64,000 nt of DNA from an uncultured Clostridia bacterium (GCA_947630765.1 CANRIX010000001.1:110743-174742), one strand, 5' to 3'. Shown: positions 54,043-64,000, counted from the first letter of the stretch. Numbers and translations are program-made. Notes: generated by a model from the sequence alone, not told the origin.

Positions 54043-54079
54043 AACAAAGGGAAGTCCAAAAAGGGGGAGGTGGACGCAT

Positions 54080-54817
54080 ATGCCGGGGATCCGCAATATT
54101 TTCTGCCGCTACGAAAAAAAGTATCTCGCGTCCGCCGACGCCGCCGAGGCGTTCCTGCGGTGTATTTCCCCGCATATCCGCCCGGACCCATTCGGCAAGA
54201 CGCGCATCTGCAACTGCTATTACGATACCCCCGACCACCTGCTCATTCGCCGGTCGCTCGAAAAACCCCGCTACAAGGAAAAGCTCCGTCTGCGCTGCTA
54301 CGGCGTGCCGACGGACGACAGTCCGGCGTTCGCGGAGGTCAAAAAGAAGTACGACGGCGTGGTGTATAAGCGTCGGCTGTCCCTGCCCTACCGACAGGCG
54401 ACGGAATTCCTCGCGGGGGGCGACGCGGGACCCGATTCCCAGATCGCGCGGGAGATCCGCTGGATGCTCGGGTTTTATCCGTCGCTTTCCCCGAAATTGG
54501 CGCTGCATTACGAGAGAAACGCCTATTACGCCGTCGACGACGAGGAACTGCGCATCACGATCGACCGCGACATCCGTTTCCGTACATCCGATCTCGACCT
54601 GCGGACCGGGATCGACGGTGAGCCGCTCCTCGGGCAGGATCTGCGGCTGCTGGAGCTGAAGATCGCTGGCGCAATGCCCCTCTGGCTCGCGTCCGCCCTG
54701 GACGAATGCCGGATCTTCCCGACGACCTTCTCCAAATACGGGGAGGCGTACCTCCGCCTGCTGCGGCAGACGGACGATTCCTTACTGAAAATTGCCGGAG
54801 GTTCCGTTTATGTTTGA
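54080..54817 (+). CDS. VTC (polyphosphate polymerase-like, CYTH/TTM fold) domain protein
   Basis: RYEKKY, YYDT, KEKLRLR.Y, E.KKK....YKRR, Y.R.AY, RITID, ELK, FSKY. Confidence 0.9.
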   Translation: MPGIRNIFCRYEKKYLASADAAEAFLRCISPHIRPDPFGKTRICNCYYDTPDHLLIRRSLEKPRYKEKLRLRCYGVPTDDSPAFAEVKKKYDGVVYKRRLSLPYRQATEFLAGGDAGPDSQIAREIRWMLGFYPSLSPKLALHYERNAYYAVDDEELRITIDRDIRFRTSDLDLRTGIDGEPLLGQDLRLLELKIAGAMPLWLASALDECRIFPTTFSKYGEAYLRLLRQTDDSLLKIAGGSVYV

Positions 54818-55496
54818 AAATATTCTTTCCTTCCGTTCCGTCATTCCCAATACCGGGATCGATGGCGCTTCGTTCGCCGTCTGTTTAGGGGCCGCCGCCC
54901 TGCTCGGGATCGTCATTTCGCTTTGTTTCCGATTCCGCGGTCGGTCCGGGCAGAGCCTGCTGCTGACCGTGGCGGTCCTGCCGTTGATCGTGACGGTCAT
55001 CGGCATGCTCGTCGGCAATCGGCTCGGCGCGGGGATCGCCGTAGCGGGGACGTTTTCGCTGGTGCGGTTCCGTTCCCAGCCGGGGACGGCGCGGGAGATC
55101 TGCGCGGTGCTGCTTTCCTGCGCGGTCGGGTTCGCCTGCGGGGCGGGATATATCCTGATTGCGCTCCTGCTGACGGTCTCGACGCTGCTCATCGGGTTTG
55201 TCTACCTGCTGCTCAACGTCGGCGGGGTCGCGACGGGCGTTCGCGCCCTGAAGATCACGATCCCGGAAAGTCTAGACTACGAGGGGCTGTTCGACGACCT
55301 GCTCGGTCGTTTCGCGTCCTCGTGGACGCTCGTCCGCGTCCGCACGACCGCGATGGGCAGTCTGTACGAACTGACCTACGAGATCGTCCTGCGCAAGAGC
55401 GGGACGGAGAAAAAACTGCTGGACGAGATCCGCTGCCGCAACGGGAACCTGGAAGTGCAGTGCGGACGCCCGGTGGAACCGAAGGGGGAACTGTAA
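54810..55496 (+). CDS. DUF4956 membrane protein (MgtC-like TM region plus C-terminal ferredoxin-like domain)
   Basis: G.GIAVAG.FSLVRFRS, G.ACG.GY, L.ITIPE.LDYE..F, L..V.TT.MGSLYEL.Y, R.RNGNL. Confidence 0.9.
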   Translation: MFENILSFRSVIPNTGIDGASFAVCLGAAALLGIVISLCFRFRGRSGQSLLLTVAVLPLIVTVIGMLVGNRLGAGIAVAGTFSLVRFRSQPGTAREICAVLLSCAVGFACGAGYILIALLLTVSTLLIGFVYLLLNVGGVATGVRALKITIPESLDYEGLFDDLLGRFASSWTLVRVRTTAMGSLYELTYEIVLRKSGTEKKLLDEIRCRNGNLEVQCGRPVEPKGEL

Positions 55497-55497
55497 G

Positions 55498-57132
55498 ATG
55501 CGAAAACGGCTGCTTTGCGGGCTGCTTTGCGGCCTGCTGCTCCTCGCGCTTTCCTGCGGGTGCGCGTCCTCCGGCGGCGGGGAGATCCCGTCGGACGGCG
55601 GTTCCGCCGAACCGTCCGTGTCCGACGAACCGGGCGATGCTGTCGAGCCGGACGGCGATTCCCCCGCGAGCTGGTCGAATTTTGACCTGGACGCGGCGTG
55701 GTCCGGGAGCGATACGTTCGTGAAATGCGAGGACGGCAACGTGACGATCGAAAACGGGACGGGCGCGTCCTACGCGTCCGGGAGACTGTCGATCACGCAG
55801 GCGGGGACCTATGTGCTCTCCGGCTCGTTTGACGGGCAGGTGTTCGTGCAGGTCGCGGACACGGAGAAGGTTCACCTGGTGTTCAACGGCTTTTCGCTGA
55901 CTTGCGCGGACTATTCGCCGCTCTACTGCGAGGAAGCGGACAAGGTCTCCATCACGCTCGCCGACGGGACGGAAAATGCCGTGACGGATACCGGCAGCGG
56001 CTTCGTGCAGGGGACGAACCCCGGCAACGGGCGCTACGCGGGCGCGATCCACAGCAAATGCTCGCTGACGATCAACGGGAACGGCTCGCTTTCCGTCGAA
56101 ACGACCTACCGCCACGGCGTCGTCAGCAACAAGAATCTTCGCATCGTTTCCGGCGACATTTCCGTGCAGGCCGCCGAGGACGGGCTGAAGGGCAAAAATT
56201 CCCTCTCCGCGCGGGGCGGGACCGTCCGCGTGACCGCCGACGGCGACGGGCTGAAGGTTTCCGAGGAGGAAGACCCGGAGAAGGGCTATTTAGCAATCGA
56301 GAGCGGCGACTTCACGGTCGAATGCGGCGGAGACGGTCTGGACGTGCCGCGGCTGATCCGGGTCACGGGCGGGACGCTGCACGTCAAGAGCGGCGACCAC
56401 GCCCTGCGCTCGCTGGGCGACGTGGAAATCGGCGGGGACGCCGCGCTGGAGTTGGACGCGTACAGCGGAAAGGACGACTCCGACGCGAAGGGGATCAAAG
56501 CGGAAGGAAATGTGGAAATTTCCGGCGGGACCTTGCGCGTGACGCGCTCATTCGAGGGGATCGAGTCCCGCGAGGGGTTCGTGAAGATCACGGACGGGCT
56601 GGTCGAGCTGACGGCGAGCGATGACGCTATCAGTGCCGAAACGCTCATCGAAATTTCCGGCGGTTCGCTGTTCGCGGACGCGCGCGGGGACGGGCTGGAT
56701 TCCAACGGGGACCTCGTGTTCTCCGGCGGGACGGTCGTCGTGCAGGGACCGACGAACAACGCGAACAGCGTGCTGGACTGCGGCGACGACGGCGGGATCA
56801 TTCGCACGGACGGCGGCTTCCTGCTCGCTTACGGGTCCGCCGGACAGGCGAAGTACCCGGACGCGACGTCGGCGCAAGGTCATCTCCGTATCGAAGCGGA
56901 ACTGCGGAAGGGGACGGTGTACAGCCTGCGCGACGGTGACGGAAACGCGGTCTGCACGTTCGTCCTGCGGCAGGACGCGCAGAGCGTCTGCGTCTCCGCG
57001 TCCGCCCTGCGAAGCGGCGAAACCTACACGCTGTTCGCGGAAGTCACCCCGACGGGCGACGAAACCAACGGGCTGTACGGCGACCCGACGTCCGCAGGCG
57101 GGAACGAGGTCCTGACCGTCACGGCGTCGTAA
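55498..57132 (+). CDS. Cthe_2159/DUF4353-like beta-helix carbohydrate-binding lipoprotein
   Basis: Lipobox SCGC; I.QAGTYVLSG, V.L.FNG..L, ITL..GT.N, DGLKGK, EGIES, DDAI, DGLDSNG, G.T.N.N..LD. Confidence 0.85.
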   Translation: MRKRLLCGLLCGLLLLALSCGCASSGGGEIPSDGGSAEPSVSDEPGDAVEPDGDSPASWSNFDLDAAWSGSDTFVKCEDGNVTIENGTGASYASGRLSITQAGTYVLSGSFDGQVFVQVADTEKVHLVFNGFSLTCADYSPLYCEEADKVSITLADGTENAVTDTGSGFVQGTNPGNGRYAGAIHSKCSLTINGNGSLSVETTYRHGVVSNKNLRIVSGDISVQAAEDGLKGKNSLSARGGTVRVTADGDGLKVSEEEDPEKGYLAIESGDFTVECGGDGLDVPRLIRVTGGTLHVKSGDHALRSLGDVEIGGDAALELDAYSGKDDSDAKGIKAEGNVEISGGTLRVTRSFEGIESREGFVKITDGLVELTASDDAISAETLIEISGGSLFADARGDGLDSNGDLVFSGGTVVVQGPTNNANSVLDCGDDGGIIRTDGGFLLAYGSAGQAKYPDATSAQGHLRIEAELRKGTVYSLRDGDGNAVCTFVLRQDAQSVCVSASALRSGETYTLFAEVTPTGDETNGLYGDPTSAGGNEVLTVTAS

Positions 57133-57194
57133 AACCAAAAAACGGGGGACGCCGGTCTGGACAGACGTCCCCCATGTTTCGCAAAGCAAACAGA

Positions 57195-57230
57195 AAAGCA
57201 CCTGTTTTTCGCAAAACAGGTGCCTTTTTT
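57195..57230. terminator. Bidirectional terminator between the VTC operon and the his operon
   Basis: AAAAGCACCTGTTTT-TCGC-AAAACAGGTGCCTTTTTT. Confidence 0.8.
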
Positions 57231-57237
57231 GACCTTT

Positions 57238-57885
57238 TCAGGTCATTTTTTCCTGCTTGACCTTGTGGTCGATGACGTGGCGGGACGCGAGTTCCCTCTG
57301 CACGTCCTCGGGCGTGATGCCCATCTGCACCATCAGCACCATCGCGTGGTAGGCGAGGTCCGCAAGCTCGTAGACGGTTTCTTTTTTGTCGTCCGCTTTG
57401 CCGGCGATGATGACCTCGGTGCATTCCTCGCCGACCTTTTTGAGGATCTTGTCGATCCCTTTTTCAAACAGATAGGTCGTGTAGGAACCTTCCGGGCGGT
57501 CCTTCTTTCGCCCTTCGAGCAGTTCGTAAAGCCCCTGCAGGCTGAATTCCTGCAAGACGTCGCTCTCAAAGACCCTGTCGTTGAAGCAGGAGTCCGCGCC
57601 GGTATGGCAGGCGGGACCGTCCTTCTCGACGAGCACGACGAGCGCGTCGCGGTCGCAGTCGGCGGTGATGGACACGATGTGCTGGCGGTTGCCGCTGGTT
57701 TCGCCCTTGCGCCAGAGTTGTTTGCGGGACCGGCTCCAGAAGCAGGTCGTGCCCTCTCGCATAGAAATTTCCAAACTCTCGCGGTTCATGTACGCGAGCG
57801 TCAGCACTTTCCTGCTGAGCGCGTCAACGACGACGGCGGGGATCAGCCCGTCCCGGTCAAATTGCAGTTCTTCGATGGGTAACAT
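57238..57885 (-). CDS. hisIE: Bifunctional phosphoribosyl-AMP cyclohydrolase / phosphoribosyl-ATP pyrophosphatase
   Basis: FWSRSR..LW.KGETSGN, DCD.D, GPACHTG..SCF, KKVGEE. Confidence 0.96.
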   Translation of the reverse strand: MLPIEELQFDRDGLIPAVVVDALSRKVLTLAYMNRESLEISMREGTTCFWSRSRKQLWRKGETSGNRQHIVSITADCDRDALVVLVEKDGPACHTGADSCFNDRVFESDVLQEFSLQGLYELLEGRKKDRPEGSYTTYLFEKGIDKILKKVGEECTEVIIAGKADDKKETVYELADLAYHAMVLMVQMGITPEDVQRELASRHVIDHKVKQEKMT

Positions 57886-57905
57886 ATCCGAATTTCCTTC
57901 CTTAC

Positions 57906-58664
57906 TTACAGTCTGACGACGACCCCGTGCGCGCGGAGCGTCCGTTTGAGGTCCGGGATGCGGATCTCGCCGAAGTGAAAGACCGAGGCGGCAAGCCCCG
58001 CGTCCACGTCCGGGAGCGTCTGGAAAAGGCGCAGGAAATCCTCTTTCGTTCCCGCGCCGCCGGACGCGATGACGGGTACGCGCACCGCGCGGCAGACCGC
58101 GTCGAGCATTTCCAGATCGAACCCCCGCTTGACGCCGTCCGTGTCGATGGAATTGACCACCACTTCCCCGGCGCCGAGCGAGACGCCGCGTTGGATCCAG
58201 CGGATGGCCTCCAGCCCGGTATCCTCGCGTCCGCCCTTCGCAAAGACGCGGAATTCCCCGTCCACCCGCTTGACGTCCGCCGAAAGCACGACGCATTGGT
58301 CGCCGTACCGCCTCGCCGCTTCGCGGATCAGTTCGGGGTCGCGCAGTGCGCCGGAATTGACGCTGACCTTGTCCGCCCCGCACTTGAGCACGCGGTCGAA
58401 GTCCTCGACCGTGTTGATCCCCCCGCCGACGGTCAGCGGGATGAAGATGGTTTCCGCGACCTGCCGCAGGATCTCCGTGAACAACCGCCGTCCCTCAAAG
58501 GACGCGGTGATGTCGTAGAAAACCAGCTCGTCCGCCCCGTTTTCGGAGTAGTATTTCGCCAATTCCACCGGGGAGGACACGTCCGCAAGTCCCTGGAAGT
58601 TGACTCCCTTGACCACCCGTCCGTCCCGGACGTCGAGGCAGGGAATGATGCGCTTCGTGATCAT
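57906..58664 (-). CDS. hisF: Imidazole glycerol phosphate synthase cyclase subunit
   Basis: [37 protein letters not shown]. Confidence 0.97.
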   Translation of the reverse strand: MITKRIIPCLDVRDGRVVKGVNFQGLADVSSPVELAKYYSENGADELVFYDITASFEGRRLFTEILRQVAETIFIPLTVGGGINTVEDFDRVLKCGADKVSVNSGALRDPELIREAARRYGDQCVVLSADVKRVDGEFRVFAKGGREDTGLEAIRWIQRGVSLGAGEVVVNSIDTDGVKRGFDLEMLDAVCRAVRVPVIASGGAGTKEDFLRLFQTLPDVDAGLAASVFHFGEIRIPDLKRTLRAHGVVVRL

Positions 58665-59386
58665 GCCGGACCGCCTTTCGCTTCGTCGAGCGCCTGCCGC
58701 AGGTCGACGGCACCCGTGTAGTACGCCTTTCCGAGGATCGCCCCGTAAACGCCCATCTCCCGCAGGGCGCGTATGTCATCGAGCGACGAAACGCCGCCGG
58801 ACGCGATAAGGTCGAGCGAAAAGCGCTCGGAAAGCGCCTTGTACAGCGCGAGATTCGCCCCGCCGAGCATTCCGTCCTTGGAGATATCCGTGCAGACGAC
58901 CGTCCGAACGCCGATCTCCTGCATTCGCGCGAGGAAGTCCTCCAGCGTCAGCGCCGACTGCTCCAGCCAGCCGCGGATCGCGAGGAACCCGTCCCGCACG
59001 TCCGCGCCGACCGCGATCCGTTCGCCGTAGGTTTCGACGGCACGGCGCAGGAAGTCCGCGTCCGTCACGGCGGCGGTGCCGAGAATGACCCGATCCACCC
59101 CACAGGAAAGGTAGCGTTCCACCGTTTCCATCCGCCGGATCCCCCCGCCGACCTCGACGGAAAGCCCGGTCTCCCGCACGACGCGCTCGACCAGCGCAAG
59201 GTGCGGCGTACTTCCGTCCTTCGCCCCTTCGAGGTCGACCATATGCAGGTGGGTCGCCCCCTGCCGCTCGAATGCCTTCGCCAGTTCGACGGGACGGTCG
59301 CTGTAGACGGTCATCTGCGCGTAATCCCCGCGCACCAAACGGACCGCCTTTTGCCCGTATAGATCGATCGCCGGAAGCAGGATCAT
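58661..59386 (-). CDS. hisA: ProFAR isomerase
   Basis: PAIDL...[30 protein letters not shown]. Confidence 0.96.
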   Translation of the reverse strand: MILLPAIDLYGQKAVRLVRGDYAQMTVYSDRPVELAKAFERQGATHLHMVDLEGAKDGSTPHLALVERVVRETGLSVEVGGGIRRMETVERYLSCGVDRVILGTAAVTDADFLRRAVETYGERIAVGADVRDGFLAIRGWLEQSALTLEDFLARMQEIGVRTVVCTDISKDGMLGGANLALYKALSERFSLDLIASGGVSSLDDIRALREMGVYGAILGKAYYTGAVDLRQALDEAKGGPA

Positions 59387-60003
59387 GCCCACACCTCGCT
59401 TTCGCAGAACGCCCGCAGGATGGAAAGCCCGACGTTCCCGCTCTTTTCCGGGTGGAACTGACAGCCCATCACGTTCCCTTTCGCGACGGCGGCGGTCAGC
59501 GGGATCCCGTATGCGGCGGTCGCGACGACGCTGTCGGCGCAATCGTCGGCGTAGAAGGAATGCACGAAATAGACGCAGTCCCCTTCGCCGACGTCCCGGA
59601 ACAGCGGGTGCCGGCGGCGGAAGTGCAGTGCGTTCCAGCCGATGTGCGGAATTTTCAGCGACGGCGGAAGCTTGCCCTCCATCGGCACGACGCTCCCGGA
59701 CAGCAGTCCGAGCCCGTCGTGTTCGCCGTATTCGTAACTTTTTTCAAACAGCAGCTGCATCCCGAGACAGATGCCGAGCAGGGGTTTCCCCTTCCCCGCT
59801 TCCGTGCGCAGCAGCTCGCCCAGCCCCGTTTCCCGCAGCTTCGCCGCCGCGTCCCCGAACGCGCCCACGCCGGGCAGCAGGATCCGCTCCGCGGAACGGA
59901 TCACGTCGGGGTCGGACGTGACGGACGCTTCCGCGCCGACCGCGCGAAGGGAAGAACGCAGGGAAAACAGGTTCCCTACCCCGTAATCCACGACGGCGAT
60001 CAT
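59383..60003 (-). CDS. hisH: Imidazole glycerol phosphate synthase glutaminase subunit
   Basis: DYGVGN..S, LPGVGAF, LGICLGMQ, QFHPEKSG. Confidence 0.97.
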   Translation of the reverse strand: MIAVVDYGVGNLFSLRSSLRAVGAEASVTSDPDVIRSAERILLPGVGAFGDAAAKLRETGLGELLRTEAGKGKPLLGICLGMQLLFEKSYEYGEHDGLGLLSGSVVPMEGKLPPSLKIPHIGWNALHFRRRHPLFRDVGEGDCVYFVHSFYADDCADSVVATAAYGIPLTAAVAKGNVMGCQFHPEKSGNVGLSILRAFCESEVWA

Positions 60004-60590
60004 GCGAGCATCCCTTTCGTCGAGGGGATCTCCCCGGCGCGGGACGCGTCCACCGTCACCGCTTCGCGCAGGGAACGGGCGAGCGCCTTGAACGCCCCTT
60101 CGATGATGTGGTGGGAATTCGTCCCGGAAATCTGCCGCAGGTGCAGCGTCAGCGCCGCGTTCTGGGAAAACGCCTGGAAAAATTCGGCGCAAAGCTCCGT
60201 GTCGAAGGTCCCGACCTTCTGCGCCGGAATGTCCAACGACAGGAAACACCCGCCCCGGCCGGAAAGATCGACGGCGGCGAGCAGCAGGGCTTCGTCCATC
60301 GGCAGTGCGATGCTCCCGTAGCGGTTCACGCCCCGTTTTTCGCCGAGCGCCTGCGCGAACGCTTTGCCCAAGCAGATCCCGACGTCCTCGACGGTGTGGT
60401 GGTCGTCCACCTGCGTGTCCCCCTTGCAGGAAACGGTCAGGTCGAACCCGCCGTGCCGGGCAAACAGGGTCAGCATATGGTCGAGGAATCCGACGCCGGT
60501 CGCGACCGTGCTCTCCCCTTTGCCGTCAAGGCAGAGGGTCAGGGAGATGTCGGTTTCGTTGGTGGTTCTTTCGATGCGTGCGCTTCTCAT
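60000..60590 (-). CDS. hisB: Imidazoleglycerol-phosphate dehydratase
   Basis: R.T.ETDI, FLDHML, DDHHTVEDVGI, N.HHIIE..FKA. Confidence 0.97.
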   Translation of the reverse strand: MRSARIERTTNETDISLTLCLDGKGESTVATGVGFLDHMLTLFARHGGFDLTVSCKGDTQVDDHHTVEDVGICLGKAFAQALGEKRGVNRYGSIALPMDEALLLAAVDLSGRGGCFLSLDIPAQKVGTFDTELCAEFFQAFSQNAALTLHLRQISGTNSHHIIEGAFKALARSLREAVTVDASRAGEIPSTKGMLA

Positions 60591-61654
60591 AGGGATTCCT
60601 CCTTGCAGATGCTTTCGACGGCGCAGAGCAGCTGCTCCATCTGCTGCCGCGTGCCGATCGTGATGCGGTTGAACGCGGACACCCGTTCGGCGGAGAAATG
60701 CCGCACGAGAATGCCCCGCTTTTTGAGGGTTCGGTAGAGTTCCTCCCCGCCGACGCGGTCGGAGGACGCGAAAAGGAAGTTCGCCTTCGACGGCAGGACG
60801 GTAAAACCGAGCGACCGCAGCCTGTCCGCCGTCCATTCGCGGTTCTCCGCGACGGTGCGGCAGTTGTGCGCGAACACGTCGGCTTCTTGCAGCGAGGCGA
60901 CGCCCGCCGCCGCCGTCATGCGGTTGACGTTATAAGGGTGGAAGGAGCAGCGGACCGCCTGCAGATCGGCGATAAGCGCCTCGCTCCCGACGGCGAACCC
61001 CAGCCGCGCCCCGGCAAGCGAGCGGGACTTCGAGAAGGTCTGCACGACGAGCAGGTTTTCATACCTGTCGACCAGCGGCAGGACGCTCTCCCCGCCGAAA
61101 TCCACATACGCCTCGTCCACCAGCACGACCGACGACGGGTCGGCGCACAGGATCCGCTCGATCTGCTCCGTCGCAAGCGGAATGCCGGTCGGGGCGTTCG
61201 GATTGGCGAGGACGACCGTGCGCCGTTTGCCGAGATACGGTTCCGGGTCGACCGTGAAATCTTCCCGCAAAGGGACGCAGGTGTACGGGATACGGTACAG
61301 CCCCGCGAGGACCGTGTAAAAGCCGTAGGTAACGTCCGGGAACAGCAGCGGGCGCGTCTCGTCCGCGAACGCCTGAAACGCGAACCCCAGCACCTCGTCC
61401 GAGCCGTTGCCGACCAGCACCTGCGACGGGCGCACCCCGGCGTAAGCGGCGAGCGCTTCGGTCAATTTGCGGTTTTCCGGGTCGGAATAGAGCTGCAAAC
61501 GGTCGGCTTCTGATTCGACCGCCCGCACGACGGACAGGGGCGGCGGGAACGGGGATTCGTTGGTGTTCAATTTGAGATACTGCCGGTCCTGCGGCTGTTC
61601 GCCGGGGACGTAGGGGGTCAGATCGCGGATCCTGCCGACGGAAAATCTGCTCAT
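60587..61654 (-). CDS. hisC: Histidinol-phosphate aminotransferase
   Basis: PYVPGEQP, KLNTNESP, GNGSDE, NPNAPTG, DEAY.DF, TFSKSR.LAG.R.G. Confidence 0.96.
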   Translation of the reverse strand: MSRFSVGRIRDLTPYVPGEQPQDRQYLKLNTNESPFPPPLSVVRAVESEADRLQLYSDPENRKLTEALAAYAGVRPSQVLVGNGSDEVLGFAFQAFADETRPLLFPDVTYGFYTVLAGLYRIPYTCVPLREDFTVDPEPYLGKRRTVVLANPNAPTGIPLATEQIERILCADPSSVVLVDEAYVDFGGESVLPLVDRYENLLVVQTFSKSRSLAGARLGFAVGSEALIADLQAVRCSFHPYNVNRMTAAAGVASLQEADVFAHNCRTVAENREWTADRLRSLGFTVLPSKANFLFASSDRVGGEELYRTLKKRGILVRHFSAERVSAFNRITIGTRQQMEQLLCAVESICKEESL

Positions 61655-61657
61655 GCG

Positions 61658-62941
61658 TTACGTCCCCTTCCGAAACCGCGATTCCGCGCTTCTTGCGTGG
61701 GCTTCGAGCCCTTCCTGCCGTGCGAACCGGGCGACCTTGTCCGCGACCGCTTCCAGCGCGTCGGCGGTATAGTAGGTAAACTGCATTTTCTTGACGAAAT
61801 CGTCGACCGAAAGCGGCGAGGAGAACCGCGCTGTCCCGCCGGTCGGCAGCGTGTGGTTGGGTCCGGCGAAGTAGTCACCCAGCGCTTCGGGGCAGTTCTT
61901 CCCCAGAAACACCGAACCGGCGTTGCGTATCTGCGGGAGGTACGCGAACGGGTCGTCCACGCAGAGTTCGAGATGCTCCGGCGCGATGCGGTTTGCGACG
62001 GCGACGGCGTCCGCGAGGTCGGACGCGAGGATGATCTTCCCGTTGCGGTCGATGGACGCGCGGGCGATCTCCGCACGCGGGAGCAGCGGGATCTGCCTTT
62101 CCAGCTCGTCCCGCACCCGCTCGGCGAAGGGGCGGTCGGTCGTGACGAGTACAGCGCTCGCCATGCGGTCGTGCTCCGCCTGCGAGAGCAGGTCGGCGGC
62201 GACGACGGCGGGGTCGCAGGTCGCGTCCGCGAGGACGAGGATCTCACTCGGTCCGGCGATCATGTCGATGGACACCCGGCCGAACACCTGCCGCTTCGCT
62301 TCCGCGACGTAGGCGTTGCCGGGGCCGACGATCTTGTCGACGCAGGGGACCGTTTCCGTCCCGAACGCCAGCGCCGCGATCGCCTGCGCACCGCCGACCT
62401 TGAACACCCGGTCCACCCCGGCGATCTTCGCCGCCGCGAGGATGACCGGGGACACCTTACCGTCCGGCCCCGGCGGGGTCGTGATCACCAGCGTCGGACA
62501 GCCCGCCAGCTTCGCCGGGATGCTGTCCATCAGCACCGTAGACGGGTAGGCGGCGGTCCCGCCGGGCACATAAAGCCCGACCCGTTCGATCGGTATGACC
62601 TTCTGCCCGGTCACCACGCCGTCCCGTTCGGTCTGCACGAACCCCGTGCGCACCTGCGACGCGTGGAACGCACGGATATTCTCCGCCGCTTCCCGCAAAA
62701 CGTCCAAAAAAGCCGGCTCGACGGCAGCAAGCGCCTCGTCAAACTCGTTTTCCGTCACCTCGACGGAGGTCAGTTCCGCCCTGTCGAATTTTTTCGCGTA
62801 GGCGAGCAGCGCCCGGTCGCCGTTGACGCGGACGTCGTCGAGGATCGCGGAAACCGTTTCCCGCAGGTCGCCCGGCGCGCCGATTTCCCGCGAAAAAATT
62901 TCCTCGTCGGGGACTTCCCCGCAAGCGTAAATTCTAATCAT
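61658..62941 (-). CDS. hisD: Histidinol dehydrogenase
   Basis: GLYVPGG.A.YPS, GGAQAI.ALA.G, GPGN.YV, IDMIAGPSE, QAEHD, APEHLE, GPNH.LPT. Confidence 0.97.
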   Translation of the reverse strand: MIRIYACGEVPDEEIFSREIGAPGDLRETVSAILDDVRVNGDRALLAYAKKFDRAELTSVEVTENEFDEALAAVEPAFLDVLREAAENIRAFHASQVRTGFVQTERDGVVTGQKVIPIERVGLYVPGGTAAYPSTVLMDSIPAKLAGCPTLVITTPPGPDGKVSPVILAAAKIAGVDRVFKVGGAQAIAALAFGTETVPCVDKIVGPGNAYVAEAKRQVFGRVSIDMIAGPSEILVLADATCDPAVVAADLLSQAEHDRMASAVLVTTDRPFAERVRDELERQIPLLPRAEIARASIDRNGKIILASDLADAVAVANRIAPEHLELCVDDPFAYLPQIRNAGSVFLGKNCPEALGDYFAGPNHTLPTGGTARFSSPLSVDDFVKKMQFTYYTADALEAVADKVARFARQEGLEAHARSAESRFRKGT

Positions 62942-63563
62942 TTGCTTCGACCGTTCCTTCCAATTTCCGCACGAGCGGGACGAGCGCATCCGCCTTGAAG
63001 CGCCAGCTCGCCTGATTCGCGATCAGACGGGCGCTGATGGGCAGGATGGTTTCGACGACCGCCAGGCGGTTCTCCCGCAGGGTCGTCCCGGTTTCGACGA
63101 TGTCGACGATGACGTCGGACAGCCCGAGCAGCGGGGCGAGCTCGATGGAGCCATTGAGCGGGATGATGTCGATGTCCCGCCCCTGTTCGGCGTAGTAGCG
63201 ACGCGCGATGTTCGCAAATTTCGTCGCGACCTTCAGCGTCCGTTCGCCGCTGTCCCGGAACCCCTCCGGCGCGGCGACCGCCATGCGGCACCTGCCCAGC
63301 CCCAGATCCAGCAGTTCATACACGTCCGGCCCGTGTTCGAGGAGGATATCCTTCCCCGCCACGCCGACGTCCGCCGCACCCCGTTCGACGTAGACCGGCA
63401 CGTCCGACGGCTTGACCCAGAAGTAGCAGACCTGCTTTTCCGGGTTCTCGAAGATGAGTTTGCGGTTGTTTTCGCGGATGGACGGGCATTCGTAGCCCGC
63501 CGCTTCAAACAGGGCGTACACCTTTTCGCCCAGCCTGCCTTTGGGTAACGCGATCTTGATCAT
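62934..63563 (-). CDS. hisG: ATP phosphoribosyltransferase, short form
   Basis: IALPKGRL, KPSDVP.YVE.G.AD.G..GKD, G..ELAP..GL.D.IVDIVETG.TL. Confidence 0.97.
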   Translation of the reverse strand: MIKIALPKGRLGEKVYALFEAAGYECPSIRENNRKLIFENPEKQVCYFWVKPSDVPVYVERGAADVGVAGKDILLEHGPDVYELLDLGLGRCRMAVAAPEGFRDSGERTLKVATKFANIARRYYAEQGRDIDIIPLNGSIELAPLLGLSDVIVDIVETGTTLRENRLAVVETILPISARLIANQASWRFKADALVPLVRKLEGTVEAND

Positions 63564-64000
63564 ACCGTCCCCTGCCCTTCCTCCATGCGGATCACCTCGC
63601 GGGCCCGCAGCTTCGGCGGAATTCCCCGCTGTGCGCTGACGGTCTTTCCGTGCGACGTCAGGTCGTTCACCGCTTTCGCGACCGACGCGGGATCGGTCCT
63701 TTCGCCATACAGCAGCAGCACGTCCACGTCGTACGGTTCTTCCTCCCGCGGCAGCTCCTCAAGCAGGTCGAGGTAGAGCGCGAACCCGACGGCGTCCGCC
63801 CGTTTTCCCATGCGGCGCATCAGCCGACCGTACTGCCCGCCGGACAGCACCCCCTCGCACACGCCGTCGAGGAACCCTTTGAAGACGATGCCGTCGTAGT
63901 AGTTCATATCGTTGACCAGCGAGAAATCAAACCGAATCCGATCCGACTGCGGGAGCGCGTCGAGCAGATTTGAGAGCGTGCGCAGGCAGTCCAGCGCTTC
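63560..64000 (-). CDS. hisZ: ATP phosphoribosyltransferase regulatory subunit, 3' part (truncated by window edge)
   Basis: DFSLVNDMNYYDGIVF.G, SGG.Y..L, AVGFA; immediately upstream of short hisG. Confidence 0.9.
   Translation of the reverse strand, partial: EALDCLRTLSNLLDALPQSDRIRFDFSLVNDMNYYDGIVFKGFLDGVCEGVLSGGQYGRLMRRMGKRADAVGFALYLDLLEELPREEEPYDVDVLLLYGERTDPASVAKAVNDLTSHGKTVSAQRGIPPKLRAREVIRMEEGQGTV

Noticed and set aside
57238-64000. his operon as a novelty
   Set aside because: Standard hisZ-G-D-C-B-H-A-F-IE order with intact motifs.

Overview
Chromosomal window from a GC-rich, spore-forming clostridial Bacillota (Oscillospirales-like; inferred from fused purL, spoVAC-AD-AE, alpha/beta SASP, DUF1292, short hisG with hisZ). 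It is mostly housekeeping: purL 3' end, rsmE, MarR plus a heterodimeric ABC exporter, cdaR-ftsEX-M23-S41, greA-lysS, galT, uppP-ftsK, metY, an acyl ligase-ACP pair, spoVA/SASP and the his operon. A probable 6S RNA lies at 10.6-10.9 kb. I saw no tRNA, rRNA, CRISPR array, integrase or transposase. Main points of interest: (1) an AT-richer block of seven co-oriented accessory genes right after lysS, led by a stand-alone cytoplasmic R-S-E ADP-ribosyltransferase and an MNT-HEPN toxin-antitoxin pair, with a 19-nt motif repeated at two gene junctions; (2) a translationally coupled VTC-domain / DUF4956 / Cthe_2159 beta-helix lipoprotein operon of unknown function; (3) an amidase domain apparently inserted inside a BspA-type LRR module and carrying a dockerin; (4) three permease-less solute-binding lipoproteins, two of them tandem paralogs, one broken by a single CAG>TAG change. 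All family assignments come from motif recognition by eye, not from database searches.
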